Made by a program: the position numbers and the translations under genes
Notes under the pieces: model-generated
The model's input: only the letters and a program-made list of their open reading frames with translations
Database searches by the model: none
What the model was told of the DNA's origin: nothing
Part shown: positions 13,170 to 26,579 of the stretch, in pieces
Layout: each line of letters begins with the position of its first letter
Position numbering within the stretch: the stretch's first letter is position 1
Source: Mobula hypostoma
Taxonomy: Eukaryota
Reading direction: 5' to 3'
Assembly (NCBI RefSeq): GCF_963921235.1
Contig: NC_086097.1
Span: forward strand, 42,286,001-42,350,000
Length of the DNA stretch: 64,000 nucleotides

Positions 13170-14190
13170 TCACATATACCTCTATCAGGTCATCCTTCAA
13201 TCTCTTACCTTCCAGAGAATAAAGTAAATCTTCAATGCACACTTTCTGGTTAAATAATCTCTTTCCTATAACAGGATAATCGAAACAATACTAAATGCTT
13301 AAAGTGTAGCCTCACCAATGTCTTACATGACTGCAACATAACTTCCCAATTCCTATACTCATTCTTCTGACTGATGATGGCCAATGTGCTATTTCTTCAC
13401 TACCCTACCTACTTTTGACACCATTTTCAGTGAACTATGCACTTGCACTCCTAGGTCTCTGTTCCAATAACATTTCCCGGGGCCCTACCATTCACTGTAT
13501 AGACCAAACCATGATTTGATCTCCCAAAACCAAAATCTGGATTGAAAGTCACTTGCCAATCCTCACCCCATGTACCTAACTGATAGAGATCCCCATTTTA
13601 TTTTTATCACCTTCTACACTCTCTATAACACCACCTATTTTAGTATCATCTACAAACTACAAAATGTACATTCACATCTAAATTGTTGGTATAAATTATG
13701 AACAAGATAAGTCCTAGCACCACATCCTATGGCATACTACTAGACACAGACCAAGAAAGAATCCTTAACCATTGCCCTTCTACCAAGCCAATAGTGAATG
13801 CAATCCATTATCTCACCCTAGATCTCATGCAATTTAACCTCCCAGGCTATCTTGGCATGAGGGACTTTATCAAAGGCCTTGCTAAAGTCTATATAGACTA
13901 CATCCACTGTCCTTACATACCTGTCATCTCTGGGGGATTTGGCAGACTTGACTTCCCATGTACAACACCATGCTAACTGTTCCAAATCTGACCCTGGTTC
14001 TCCAGATGTTGGAAGGTGCCATCACTCAGAATGCCCTCTGACAATTTACCTTCCTCTAATGTCAGACTCACTAACCTGCAGTTTCACAGCATATTTTTGC
14101 AACCCTTTTAAAGGTTTTGAAGGAAGCAACATTGGCTAGCATCTTCCAAACTTCCATAGCTTCAAGTACAGTTCTGATACAAAACAATTC
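13170..14190 (-). mobile_element. Heavily decayed CR1 RT to C-terminus fragment
   Basis: Reverse-complement remnants of VDVVYIDFSKAFDKVPH near 13850-13910 and of the C-terminal region. Confidence 0.65.
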
Positions 14191-14269
14191 AGAAACAGCC
14201 TCTTCCCTTCCACCATCAGGTTGAGTGAGAATAGAACTAGAAGTCATACGTTTAGGGTGAAAGACGAAA

Positions 14270-14562
14270 TATTTAAGGGCAACGTTACAGTAGTCATGAG
14301 GGATTTCAACATGCATGTAGATTGGGAAAATCAGGTTGGTGCTGAACTCCAAGAGGGGGAATGTCTAGAATGCCTACGAGATGGTTTTTTAGAGCAGCTT
14401 GTGGTCGAGTCCACCAGGGGATCAGCTACTCTTAGCTGGGTGTTGTGCAATGAACCAGAATTGATGAGAAAACTTAAGATAAAAGTACCCTTTGGGGAAA
14501 GTGATCATAATATGATCAAATTCACCCTGAAATTTGAGAAAGGGAAGCTAAAGTCAGATGTA
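14270..14562 (+). mobile_element. CR1 AP-endonuclease fragment
   Basis: VVMRDFNMHVDW...FLEQLVVESTRGSATLSWVLCN...GESDHNMI. Confidence 0.8.
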
Positions 14563-14673
14563 TTCATTGCTAAAATGTTCCTTGAAGGGCAATCGCCCTG
14601 AGGTCTCGGCCCGAAACATCGACTATCATTCATTTTCATACATGCTGCCTGACCTGCTGAGTTCTTCCAGCAT

Positions 14674-14697
14674 TGTGTGTGTGTGTGTGTGTGTGTG
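14674..14697. repeat. (TG)12 microsatellite expanded from the pLTR TGTGTG tract
   Basis: Directly follows pLTR sequence cctgctgagttcttccagcat. Confidence 0.9.
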
Positions 14698-14977
14698 AGA
14701 CCAAGACCAGAATGAATTTTATCGCCCAAGCTCACTCCACCCACCTCTTATCCAATTCAGTAAAACAGACAGTATAATCAAAGAAACACTTTATACTTTA
14801 TTGTCGCCAAACAATTGGTTCTAGAACGTACAATCATCACAGCGATATTTGATTCTGCGTTTCATACTCCCTGGATTACAAATATTAAATATTAAAGATA
14901 TTAAAAATAGTTAAAATTTAAAACACACACAATATGCTGGAGGAACTCAACAGGTCAGGCAGCGTCTAAGGAAAAGA

Positions 14978-15484
14978 ATCTTAGAAAGGATGTGCTGAAA
15001 CTGGAGAGGGTTCAAAGGAGGTTCACAAAAATGATTCCAGCATTGAATAACTTGTCATATGAAGAGTGTTTGATGGCTCTGGGGCTGTATTCACTGGAAT
15101 TCAGAAGAATGATCGGTGACCTAATTGAAACCTATCGAATGGTGAAAGGCCTTGATAGAGTGGATGTGCAGAGGATGCTTCCTATGGTGGGAGAGTCTAA
15201 GACCAGAGGACACACCTCAGAATAGAGATAACAAGGAATTTCTTTAGACAGAGGATGGTGAATCTATGGAATTCATTGCCTCAAGCAGTTATGGAGGCCG
15301 TGTCTTTATGTATATTTAAGGCAAAAGTTGATAGATGCTTGATTGGTCAGGGCACGAAGGGATTGGTCAGGGCACGAAGGCAGGAGATTGGGACTGAATG
15401 GAAAGATGGATCAGCCATGATGAAATAGTGGAGCAGACTTGATGGGCCAAATAGCCTAATTCTGTTTCTATGTCTTATGGTCTT
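14978..15484 (+). mobile_element. CR1 3' fragment containing a perfect 20-bp tandem duplication (15341-15380)
   Basis: LERVQRRFTKMIP...LGLYSLEFRRM; gattggtcagggcacgaagg x2. Confidence 0.85.
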
Positions 15485-16446
15485 ACATACTGGAAATCTG
15501 AGGGAGAGCTTCTTCACTCAGAGGTTGCTGCAAGGTGGTGTCAGAGATAGTAGATGCAGGTTCAATTGTAACATTTAAGGGAAGTTTGAATAGGTACAGG
15601 GATGAGAAAGGCACGGATGAACATGGTCCAAGTGCAGGCAGATTGGAATAGTCAGAAGACCAGGTCAGCATGGACTAAATAGCCCAAAGAGCCAGATCTT
15701 ATGTTGCATTGTCTGTGACTCTATGACAGTTCCTATTGAAAGGAAGGTCAGAGATACAGCCTCACTATTTAAAAAAAAAGGGAAAAGAGAAAACAGGGAG
15801 CTTCAGAACAGTTAGCTTTGTCAGCTGTAAGAAAAATGCTAGAATTTATTCTTAAGGAAGTGACAGAACACTTAGAAAGTACCAACAGGACTGGGATTTA
15901 AGAACTTGAAATAATGTTTAATAAATCCATATTTTGAGGTGGGAGCAAACAGAATACATAAAATTATAATGTGGTTTCAGAGGACTTTTGATAAGGCGCC
16001 ACACAAGAAGTTAATTAACAAACTCAAAGGTCACAGAATGTCCTGGAATGAATTGACTACCAGCTGACAAACAGAAAGGGAGAATGGAATGTGGGTCAAT
16101 TTCAGATTGACAGACTGTGACTTCTAAGTTGCTGTGATTCTGCTCCAGATGTCCAGAATTTACATAATTGATATGGATGAGGAGAATGAGTAATTTTAAT
16201 ACTGCTGATGAATCAGAGCTGGGTGGCTTTGCAGCTGGTGAGAAGCAGACACAGAGACTTCAGGGCAGAAAGAAGTTAACTGAATGAGCAAGGAAACTAA
16301 TGTGCAAAATGTGAGATCATGTACTTTATAAAAACAGAACATGTTTTAAATATTGAGAGACTGAAAGGAATCGGTGTACAGAAAATCCTGGATGCCCTTG
16401 TCCAACAAATCTCTGTAAGTTGACATTTGGGTCCAAAAGTAATGAA

Positions 16447-19240
16447 TCAGAATCAGATTTAATATCCCCAGCAGCGGTACATTGCAATACATAATAATAC
16501 AGAAAAGGACTGTGAATTACAGTATATATATAAAATAGTTAAATTAAATAAGTAGCGCAAAAATGGAAATAAAAAAGTAGTGAGGAGGTGGTCATGGGTT
16601 CAATGTCTATTCAGAAATCGGATGGCAGAATGAAAGAAGCTGTTCCTGAATCATTGAGGGTGTAACTTCAGGCTTCTGTACCTCCTTCCTGATGATAGCA
16701 AGGAGAACAGGGCATGACTTGGGTGTTGGGGCTCCTAAATGATGGACGCTGCCGTTTTGAGACATCGCTCCTTGAAGATGTCCTGGATACTACGGAGGCT
16801 AGTGTCCATGACAGAGATGATTAAGTTTACAACTCTCTGCAGCTTACTTCAGTTCTGTGCAATAGTACCCCTCCCATATCTGACAGTGATGCAGCTAATT
16901 AGAATGCTGTCCACAATACATCTGTAGAAATTTTTGAGTAGCTTTGGAGACATACCAAATCTTCTCAGACTCTTAATGAAATATAGCTATGGTTGTGCCT
17001 TCTTTGTAATTGCACTGGTATGTTGGGCCCAGGTTAGATCCTCAGAGATATTGACACCTAGGATCTTGAAGCTGCTCATTCCCTCCACTTCTGATCCCCC
17101 TCTGAGGATTGGTGTGTGTTCCCTTGTCTTACCCTTCCTGAAGTCCACAGTCAGTTCTTTGGTCTTACTGACATCGAGCGCAAGATTGTTACTATGACAC
17201 CACTCAACTAGCTGATCTGTTTTGCTCCTGTACGCCTTCTTGTCACCATCTGAAATTCTTCCAACAAAGGTTGTATCATCAGCAAATTTATAGATGGCAT
17301 TTGAGATGAGGCTAGCCTCACAGTCATGGGTATAGAGAGAGTAGAGCAGTGGGCTAAGCACACATCCCTGAGGTACACCAGTGTTGATTGTCAGCAAGGT
17401 GGAGATTTTGTTTCCGATCCACACAGATCATGGCCAACCAGTTAGGAAGTCAGGGATTCAGTTGCAGAGGGAGGTACAGAAGCTCCAGGTTCAGGAACTT
17501 GTCGATCAGAACTGTAGGAATGATGGTGTTTAACGATGAACAGTAGTCAATAAACAGCATTCTGACATAGGTATTTGTATTGTCCAGGTGATCCAAGACC
17601 ACATGGAGAGCCAATGAAATCACATCCGCCACATACCTATTGTGGCAATAGGCAAATTGCAGTGGGTCCAGGTCCCTGCTGAGACAGGAGTTAATTCTAG
17701 CTGTAACAATCCTCTTAAAACACTTCATCGCCATAGGTGTAAGTGCTACTGGATGAATATTGTAAAGGCAGTTCATCCTGCTCTTCTTGGGTACTGGTAC
17801 AATTGTTGCCCTTTTGATAGATAGATAGATATACTTTATTAATCCCGAGGGAAATTTGGTTTCGTTACAGCCGCACCAACCAAGAATAGAGCATAAATAT
17901 AGCAATACAAAAAACCCCAACAATCAAACACCAAAATTCAAACTATGCCAGATGGAAAATAAGTCCAGGACCAGTCTATTGGCTCCAGGTGTCTGACCCT
18001 CCACAGGAGGAGCTGCACGTTCGATTGTCACAAGCAGGAACGACCTCCCGTGCCGATGGGGAGCAGATGGGAACTTCCATCTGTAACAATGAGAGATTGG
18101 AAAATGTCTTTGAACACCCCCGCCAGTTGGTTGGAACAGGTTTTCAAAGCCCTACTGGGTATTCCATTGGGCCTGTCACCTTGCGAGGATTTACCCTCTT
18201 GAGAAAGAGCCTGATGTCAGCCTCTGAGACAGAGATCTCAGGATTACCGGGTGCTGCAGGGATCTGCATTGCTGTAGTTTTATTCTCCCTTTCAAACCAA
18301 GCATAAAAGACATTGAGCTCATCTGGGAGTGACGCACCACTGCCATTCATGATGTTAGGTTTTGCTTTGTAGGAAGTAATGGCCTGCAAACCTTACCAGA
18401 GTTGATGTGCGTCCAATGTCGCCTCCAACCTCATTCAAAACTATTCCTCAGCTCTTGAAATAGCCCTCCGCAAATTGTACCTGATTTTCTTGTACAGACC
18501 TGTCTGACACCAGATTCGAATGCCACAGATCTAGTTCTCAGCAGACTATGAACCTCCTGGTTCATCCACCATTTTTGATTTGTGTATGCACAGTGAGTTC
18601 TCATTGGCCCACACTCATCCACACAGATTTTAATTAAGTCAGTGACAACTGCGGTGTGCTCATTCAGACTTGAAGATGAATCCCTGAATACAGTCCAGTC
18701 CACTGATTCAAAGCAGTCCTGTAAGCACTCCGGTGCCTGCTTTGTCTAGACCTTCTTTGTCCTCATTACTGGCGCTACAGTCTTCAGTCTCTGTCTATAG
18801 TCAGCGGGTAGAAGTACAGCCAGATGACCAGACTTTCCAAAGTATGGGCGTGGGATAGCACAGTAAGCACTCTTAATGATGGTGTAACAGGTACAACAAG
18901 TGATTTGCTAGTAATAATTATTTGGAGACTTTTTCAAGCTGGCCTGGCTATGATAGAGAAGGCATCGGGATGTGCTGACATTGCTCGGTTTGCCTACAGC
19001 CTGTTTGACACAGGCCTGAAGAGGGATGTACTCTGCTACCAAGATGATGACTGAAATCTCCCACGCAGATAAAATGGATGGCACTCGACCGCAAGGTGTT
19101 CCAGGTCGGGTGAACAGAACGAGGACAGAACGCCCTCGTTTGTACACCAGAAGGAGTTGATCATGAAGCACACACCACCTCCTCTGCCTTGAAAGTCCTA
19201 GCTGGGTGGTGTACTGTGAACCCATCAACCTGAGTAGCTG
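16447..19240 (-). mobile_element. Rex1/Babar-type LINE (APE + RT + 3' tail), decayed, interrupted at ~17815-18055
   Basis: [55 protein letters not shown]; (AATCAG)n tail seen on + at 16446. Confidence 0.9.
17815..18055 (-). mobile_element. Short LINE 3' end with (CTAT)n tail nested in the Rex1 copy
   Basis: gatagatagatagatatactttattaatcccgagggaaatt interrupts the host RT between ...gcccttt and agcagatggg. Confidence 0.65.
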
Positions 19241-19659
19241 CGTCTGGACCCTTCATTGAGTACGTGAGTAGAGACACCCTGCTCCACTTACTGTAGGTAG
19301 ACCATAGTAAAGCTGCCTTTGGAATATGGTGTTAGGATTCCCGCCATGGGAGTAATACTCTAGTCTCCCAGGGAATATAGCAAAGTTACACACGTTTGAA
19401 TACTGGGACAGATGAGTTGTCGTCTGAGGAGAGATTAAGCAGATTGGACCTTGATTCTGGAATGATCTCTGTGAAACACAAGATTGTTACAGAGCTTGAC
19501 AGGGCAAATGCCTGCACTTAATCAGAAACAGATAAGCTTGTCGAATAAGGTTATAGATGGTCTGTCTGTACAAGGTGTCTCACACTTTAATCATCCCAAA
19601 GCTTACAGGGATGTCTGTGTGAAAGTAGGGCAGGTAGTATTTAATTTTATTCATTTATT

Positions 19660-19900
19660 TAGATATACAGCATGGTAACTGTCCTTTCTGGCTCAAAGAA
19701 ACCACGCCACACAATTACACCTATGCGGTCAATTAACCTTCTAACCCTTACATCTTCAGAATGTGGGAGGAAGCCAGAGAACCCAGAGGAGACCCACAGG
19801 ATCAAAGGAAAAAGTATAAATTCCTTACATACAGCAGCGGAATTGAATCAGATCACTGGCACTAAAATAGCATTACGTTAACTGTTATGTTACCGTGCCA
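19660..19900 (-). mobile_element. tRNA-derived SINE (V-SINE/HE1-like)
   Basis: tgtgggaggaagccagagaacccagaggagacccac core; reverse of the 36128-36330 family. Confidence 0.7.
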
Positions 19901-22900
19901 TGTTATGCTTTGGAACGGGGGATGTTAAGGTTTTACAAATATCCATGCAGTCAAGTATTCCATTCGTGTGTTTTTGCCCAACAGCAAGCCTGCATGGAGG
20001 TTGTCGTGCACAGACAGCGACCACAGTTGGGAGGAGTGGAGGAGAGATTGCAGGTGATAACTGGGGTAGAGACCTCATGGGATGGCGATGGTTGAGCAGA
20101 AGAGTTATCAGGTGGGGAGTGGTGGATGTGGAGAGATCCTGGGGATGGGGAAAAATCTTGGTGTGGAGATAGGTCCTGGGTGGAATAAAGGGGCTAAGTC
20201 AGTAGAGGGAAAGAGATTGCAGTGTGAAGATACTGACTGAGGAGAAACCTTGGGGGGTGGAAATGGTGATCGGTGAGAGATTGCATTGGATGGAAATGGT
20301 GGTTATAGAGATCCCAAAGGTTGAAAATGGAAACTGGGGAGAAATATAACATTCTTATTGCGGCTGAAAGAGTTAATGCAGAGATGATGTTGTGACTGCT
20401 TGGGATGTCTAGAACCAGTAATCAGAGCTTCAGAAGGGGTTAACAATTCAGTACTGGGAAGAAAAAGAAGATTTCTTCTTCTCAGACAGCAGTAAATGAG
20501 CCCTCAGTAGAGCATCAAATGTCAACTAAAGGGTAATCCACTTCACTTGACATTCAATGCTCAAGTAAAGTGGATTTCCCTGATCAATGGGCAATGAAGT
20601 CAGAATATGAGCATCATTAGGAGAGAAAAAAATGATAGGTTTATAGATATTAATATAATCAAAGGATGCAGGAATAATGCAGGAACAGCACAGTGTACAA
20701 TAGATATCCCATATTCTCCTGCAACATCACTATGTGGTTTGTAGGAAGAAGAAATGTTCAAACTGGGATAAATGATGCAAACCAAAGCAGATGCCAAATA
20801 AATTTTTGCATTTCTTATTCAATAAATAGATTACTTTGATTTTACTGGTGAACGCTCATCTAAAAGAAGTCAAAGCATCTCTTATGGCTCAGTGGTGGAG
20901 ATCTCGCCTCAGAGTTCCTTAGCTACAACTTCAGCTGTTAATCTTGAAATTTCAGGGCATTACTGTGGGAGTAGCTCACTGTTGGTGGCACTGATGAGAT
21001 ATAAATCAAGATCATTTTTTATATCATTGCAATAAGTGGGAGCTCACTGTGTGCACTTTATTAGCCGTATTACCTCATAGCAAGAGTGAAAGTATTTAAT
21101 TAGCAGTACTTTAGTTTGTTCTGATGCACTGGTGTGGAAATATGTTGTTCTAACAATGAAAAAGAAAATGGAAACGTAAAATACTGGAAAATGTGAAAAT
21201 GTTCTTAAGAAATTCAACATTGATTCCTCAGAGATTTCTGGCATAAAGTCACAATGTGAAAGCCTGAGCAAGTTATGAACTCAGAGAATGATAAGATAAT
21301 AGTCTGGCAACTTTATGCTTTGTATACACGTGATGTGAGTATTTTTACCAATCTTTATGCAACCAGCTTCTCCGATTTCCAATGGATACCAATGGCTGAG
21401 AGTATATTGAATTTCTTCTATTTTACTTTTTAAGTTCAGATTTCCAGCATCCGCAGTGTGTCAAACCTTTAACAACTTAGCAAAATTTTAAAGTACTGTT
21501 TGTCTGAACACAAGAGATTCTGCAGATGCTGAAATTCCAGACCAATGCCCACAAGATGTGAAGAAACTCAGCAGCTCAGGCAACAATGGAAATGAATAAA
21601 CAGTTTCAACTGGCCAAGACCCTTCATCAGGTCTGAAATTGTTCTTATACGCTTTGGTTCAAAGCCGAATCAGACCATTTGCCTTCCCAGATTTTTAATC
21701 AGACTGCAAACTGTTTTATGATCATGACAGAATTTATTAAATTAAAGTGAAATTGTTATAATACCAAGGTTCTGATATTGGTAAACAAGATGTGAGACAA
21801 ATTGAGCCTTAACTGGCATTCATCAAATTTTCCTTTCTCCTGAGGAAAGGCTGAAAGCCATCCAGAAACAGACAGAAAGATTTGTTTATTAGGTTGACAA
21901 AAGGTCATCATCACCTGGTACCTTCACATCTTCAACCTGAACAGCCCTGCATTCTGCATCAAAGAACGAGATGAATATGTAAGACAGTGAATGCAGAATA
22001 GAATAACAGCACCACTACTAGGAAAGTGAGTGAAAACGGATTAGATTAAGATAACTGACAAGGAACAGGGGTGCATAGGTTTTGAATCAGTGGGATTCAT
22101 GACTCCCTTCTTTTCAAGCAATCTGGACAGATGCTTAAATCAGGTGTTAGATGTCTTAAATATTAAGCAGTGGAGTTCATGTCTGCTCCAGCTCCCCCAG
22201 CAAGCAATTTGTTGCCAAATAAATTCAGTGTACATCAGACCTGCTCCACTCATGAATCTTCAATGAAGCCTGAGGCAGTGATAAAAGGTGGATGAATTTT
22301 TATTTTGAACACATGTTTGTGTAGAGCTGGAAGAGAGGTGTAAGTTGCAAACAACTCAGTATTACTTGCACTCGCTGTTGCAGGATTGACCCAAGGGGCT
22401 GCTACTCAAGGGTCACATTGATCCCTGTTCTCAGGCAAGCAGTCCAAGCCCCAAATCCATCGTTCCTCAGGCATTTCATTCCAGACTCAGACTGGCTGCA
22501 TCAAGTTAAGAATATCCTGAAAATAGATCCCAATCAGAATTCACCCTTCAGTGTCTTGGGGTAAAATTGCTTTCCACATTAGAACATGAAAGCCTGAAGG
22601 CTATGAATGTTCTGAAATAATAGTGTTTCTTTAAAATATTCCAGTCACTGACTTTAATCTATGTAAGACTCAAGTCATTCGCATAATATAGTGATACCCT
22701 GCAATGCCAAGTAAATTTAGAGGCAAGTCAAAACAACATTTCCCTCTACTATCATTGAATGTGCTGTAATACCTTTTGCAATAGCATCAGTTAGAGCTTT
22801 GAATCATGAGACAGAGTCAGTGATTTAGAATATCTTATTAAAACCCTTTGCACGATGGAATGAAGCAGAACGCATGATTCTATTTATGATACTTTCTATT

Positions 22901-24839
22901 TTCTTTTGGTTCCCCTGCTCAGAAACCATTCTGGAAATGATGTTACAAAAACTGTGAGCATTTGTAACACAGCCGTACTTTTTGCAAAGCAAGTTGTGAA
23001 ATAACAACAAGTAATAATGGCAGTGGCTTTGCTAAATGGAACGTAATTCTCAGAGATGAACATCACACCATTTTATCACTCTATCACTATGCACAAAGAG
23101 AAAGAAATGATCTGACTACAAAAGGTGTAATAGTTCATCCTTTAAGTCTATTTTACAATTGCAAGACACTGCTGGTAATTCAGAACATCATGTACTCCTG
23201 ATCTACCCCATTAGTGAGTTGCTCAATAGCGATGGACTTGGACTTGTTGTACTGTTGTAGTGTTGTTGGCTGAATTTGTTGCATACTTTTATTGTACCGA
23301 GGTGGTGCATGGTCCATAAAAAGGTACGAGTGATTGTATTGGACATTTTTCCTGTGATTGCAAGACCTTGTTGGATACTGGTAATGGAGAATACTGCAAG
23401 TGTAGTTCACTGGTTCATTGGTGAGACCTGCAACGAGGGAGCTGCGTTGCCCCGGCTGTGTTGCGGACTTGGTCCTCAAATTGCAGGTCACCTGTTGCAG
23501 CCCTCTAAGTGGGGAGACACTGTAGAAGAAAGCAAAGACTTTTGTGAGTGTGCTGGAGTTGGGGTCTACCCTCCAGTGTTCACTTGGTGGAAGAACAAGC
23601 AGGACCAGGACAACATCCCACGCACCATCATTCTACAGGCCATGCCATTCAGGGATTTGGACTATATTATTTATTCTTTGTGACTGTATGTTTTCTGCTA
23701 TCTTAACCATACGTGCTATGTGCTGCATGCCGTGTGCTGTTGGTAATGTGTTTTGCTACTTGGCCCCAGTGGAATTCTATTTCGTTTGTTTATGTTCATA
23801 TATGGTTGAATGATAATTAAACTTGAACTTGAATCTTCTCCATGTTTCTTCAAAATCCATGTAAAACCAAACATCTTATCTTCACCCTTGAAAGTAATGG
23901 TGGAGGCGTGATGGAACTCAAGATTCAAGAATCAAGATTGGTTAATATCATTTCCAATACACAAGTGTAAAAGAGTATGAAATAATAGTTGAAACTTTAA
24001 AAATCAAAACTCAATTGAAGTATTCATTTTTTTAAACCCACTCTTCTGGGCTTAAGAAAATGAATGCTAAGGTTCAGTTTTATAACATGGCTGGTATACT
24101 TTGATTTTATCTGCTTTACAGGGTTAAACCTTGATCCTTCTGGTTTTCTAGATGTAGAAAACCCAAATGCTGGATCTGTTCACTATTCAACCAGCCTATG
24201 AGCCCCACTCCTATACCAATATGGCCATCCAAGTTCTCACTTTGCTTCACAAAGGGCAGGAATGGAGCAACCTTCTACCTCACCGACAGCACTTTTTCTA
24301 TTCTCACAAAAGCAACAGCAGGTCCATTTCCTCATCTTCAGTTTCCACCTGCATAAATCCTGCTCAGCTGAAAGCTTGACTTACCCATTAGGCTGGCCAG
24401 AACAGTCCACTCCATTGACTCATGCAGGATAACAAATCTTGCAATTGTCTTGATGGAAGCCTCTATCCTTCATCCACACATACAAACATTCAAATATTTT
24501 GCTTTAAAGTGCACAGTTTCCTAATAAGTCCTTTCTCCCTGCCATGTGATTGGTTAGTTATTCAGTATATTCTTATTGATACTTTATTGGATGCCAGTGA
24601 TTGTACATAATTTCCCTCTTATTGGAAGAATAGCAACAGGGTTTCCTGCTGCTCGTGGTTGTCCCACGCACCAGCCAATAATCACAAGCTTTCCAAACCA
24701 CAAGAGATCGAAATCTGCAAAAGTGGAGGGTGAGTTATGAAAAAAAAATAGAAACTGTGTTTCTCTGAAACAGTTCCAGTTAGATCCATGATTTGTTTAG
24801 GGACGGTGAAGAAAAATGGCATGCGAACGAATTATTCTA

Positions 24840-25159
24840 CGAGGGGTAATTGATAAGTTCGTGGCCTAAGGTAGAAGGAATCAATTTTAGGAAACCTAGC
24901 ACATTTATTTTCCAACAAAGTCCCGCCTACATTTACACACTTAGTCCAGCAGTTGTGAAGCTTACGGATCTTGGACCTGCAGAAAGTGTCCACAGCAGGG
25001 GTGATTGATAAGTTTGTGGCCTAAGGTAGAAGGAGATGAGTTCTACAGCTCTTATTACATGCACATGCAGTTCAATGCTTTGAGTGATTATGCAGAAAGT
25101 TTGAAGTTAATAACTCATCTCCTTCTGCCTTAGGCCACAAACTTATCAATCACCCCTCA
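24840..25159. mobile_element. Mariner-type MITE with TA TSD and an internal third TIR copy
   Basis: TA|CGAGGGGTAATTGATAAGTTCGTGGCCTAAGGTAGAAGGA ... TCCTTCTGCCTTAGGCCACAAACTTATCAATCACCCCTCA|TA. Confidence 0.9.
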
Positions 25160-25604
25160 TACATACTAGCTGGACTAAAAATGACCATGAGAAATCCGAC
25201 TCCTAACATATCATTGGAGGGTTACAAATACTAAAAAAAAAGGTTGCTTCACAAATTCCATCCCTGAGTGGTATTTGCAGAATTGTTTTGCAAGTAATTC
25301 AATAGGAGGAATAGATATATATTCAAATCTTCTTAGAGCCACAGTAAAATGAGTTAAAGGCAGATATCAAGGATCATCTTGCATAGATTGAAAGGGATAA
25401 ACAGACTGGCAAAAAAAAGCGTGAGCTGCAAGCAATGAAAATTTCATTATTTCTCCTTTCCTGCTCCTCAGGAAAAGATCAGAACACTAACTTTGTTTTT
25501 TGTAGGTATTCAGCTTCCTGATTGCTCTCATCCAAGCAAACAGAGAATATTCCATTGAATTTCGGACTTATACCTGCATTTCATGAAGAGACTATGGGAA
25601 AAAG

Positions 25605-26105
25605 ACTTAGAAGATTGAGAGGAGATTTGATAGAGATATACAAAATTATGAGTGGTATAGATAGGGTAAATGCATGCACGCTTTTTCCACTGAGGTTGGG
25701 TGATACTATAACTAGAAGTCAAATCACAAACCGCAGATGCTGGAAATCTGAGCAATACACATAAAATGCTGCCTGGTCTGCTGAGTTCCTCCGGTATTTT
25801 GTGTGTGTTGCTACAACTGGAGGTATTGGGTTAAGGGTGAAAGGTGAAAAGTTTAAAGGAAATATGAGGAGTAAGTTCTTCACTCAGAGTGTTGTGAGAG
25901 TGGGGAACGAGCTGCCAGCACGTGGTGCATGTGAGCTGGATTTCAAAGTTTAAGAGAAGTTTAGCTAGGGACGTGGATAATAGGGGTATGGAGGGCTATG
26001 GTCTCAGTGCAGGTCACTGGAAGTGGGGAGTGTAAATGGTTTGGCACAGACTAGATGGGCCAAAGGGACTGTTTCTGTTCTGTAATTTTCTATGATTCTA
26101 TGACT
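25605..26105 (+). mobile_element. CR1 3' fragment with a mini pLTR fold-back inserted at ~25721-25810
   Basis: RRLRGDLIEIYKIMSGIDRV; degenerate TSD ctataactagaagt / ctacaactggaggt. Confidence 0.8.
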
Positions 26106-26579
26106 CAAAAAACCCAAGGAATAGACACTCACTACAGATACCCAACCCTTAACCATGTCCTATTCATTAGATGGTGTTAAACATATACAAAATTGTGCTA
26201 AGGTTTTGGCTACCTCACGAGGACACATGTTGTTTGTAGGATATTCTACTACAGAAGGACAAAAGCATTGTGTGCAGTACAGCAGGTCCTAGAAGTGCAA
26301 AAAATTAGAACACGAGCCTTCTTGGAGGAAAGTTGACAAACATGACAGGGCAGCAGTGACAAGTAGGGGCAGATATTTTAACCAAAATCATAGCAAGTTT
26401 AACAATGAGGTTAAGTGTTCAAGATTCACGCAGACCCTGCTTGTTCATTGCAACTTTGGAAAAGTGATACCAAATGAGTATTGAGTGTCATTGCATATCA
26501 TTGCTGTTGTCTAGCAGACTCCAAGCCTATGTGTGGTGTGTGCATAACGAACCCAGAAGGAAAATGCAAAAGGGAAACA

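Noticed and set aside
20020..20345. G/A-rich degenerate repeat (gagat..tgggg units)
   Set aside because: Low complexity with no stable period or coding signal.
23180..23830. Overlapping 89-135 aa ORFs
   Set aside because: The sequence ends in a (AACTTG)n retroposon-type tail also seen at ~50720 and looks like a non-coding interspersed repeat; the ORFs have no motifs.
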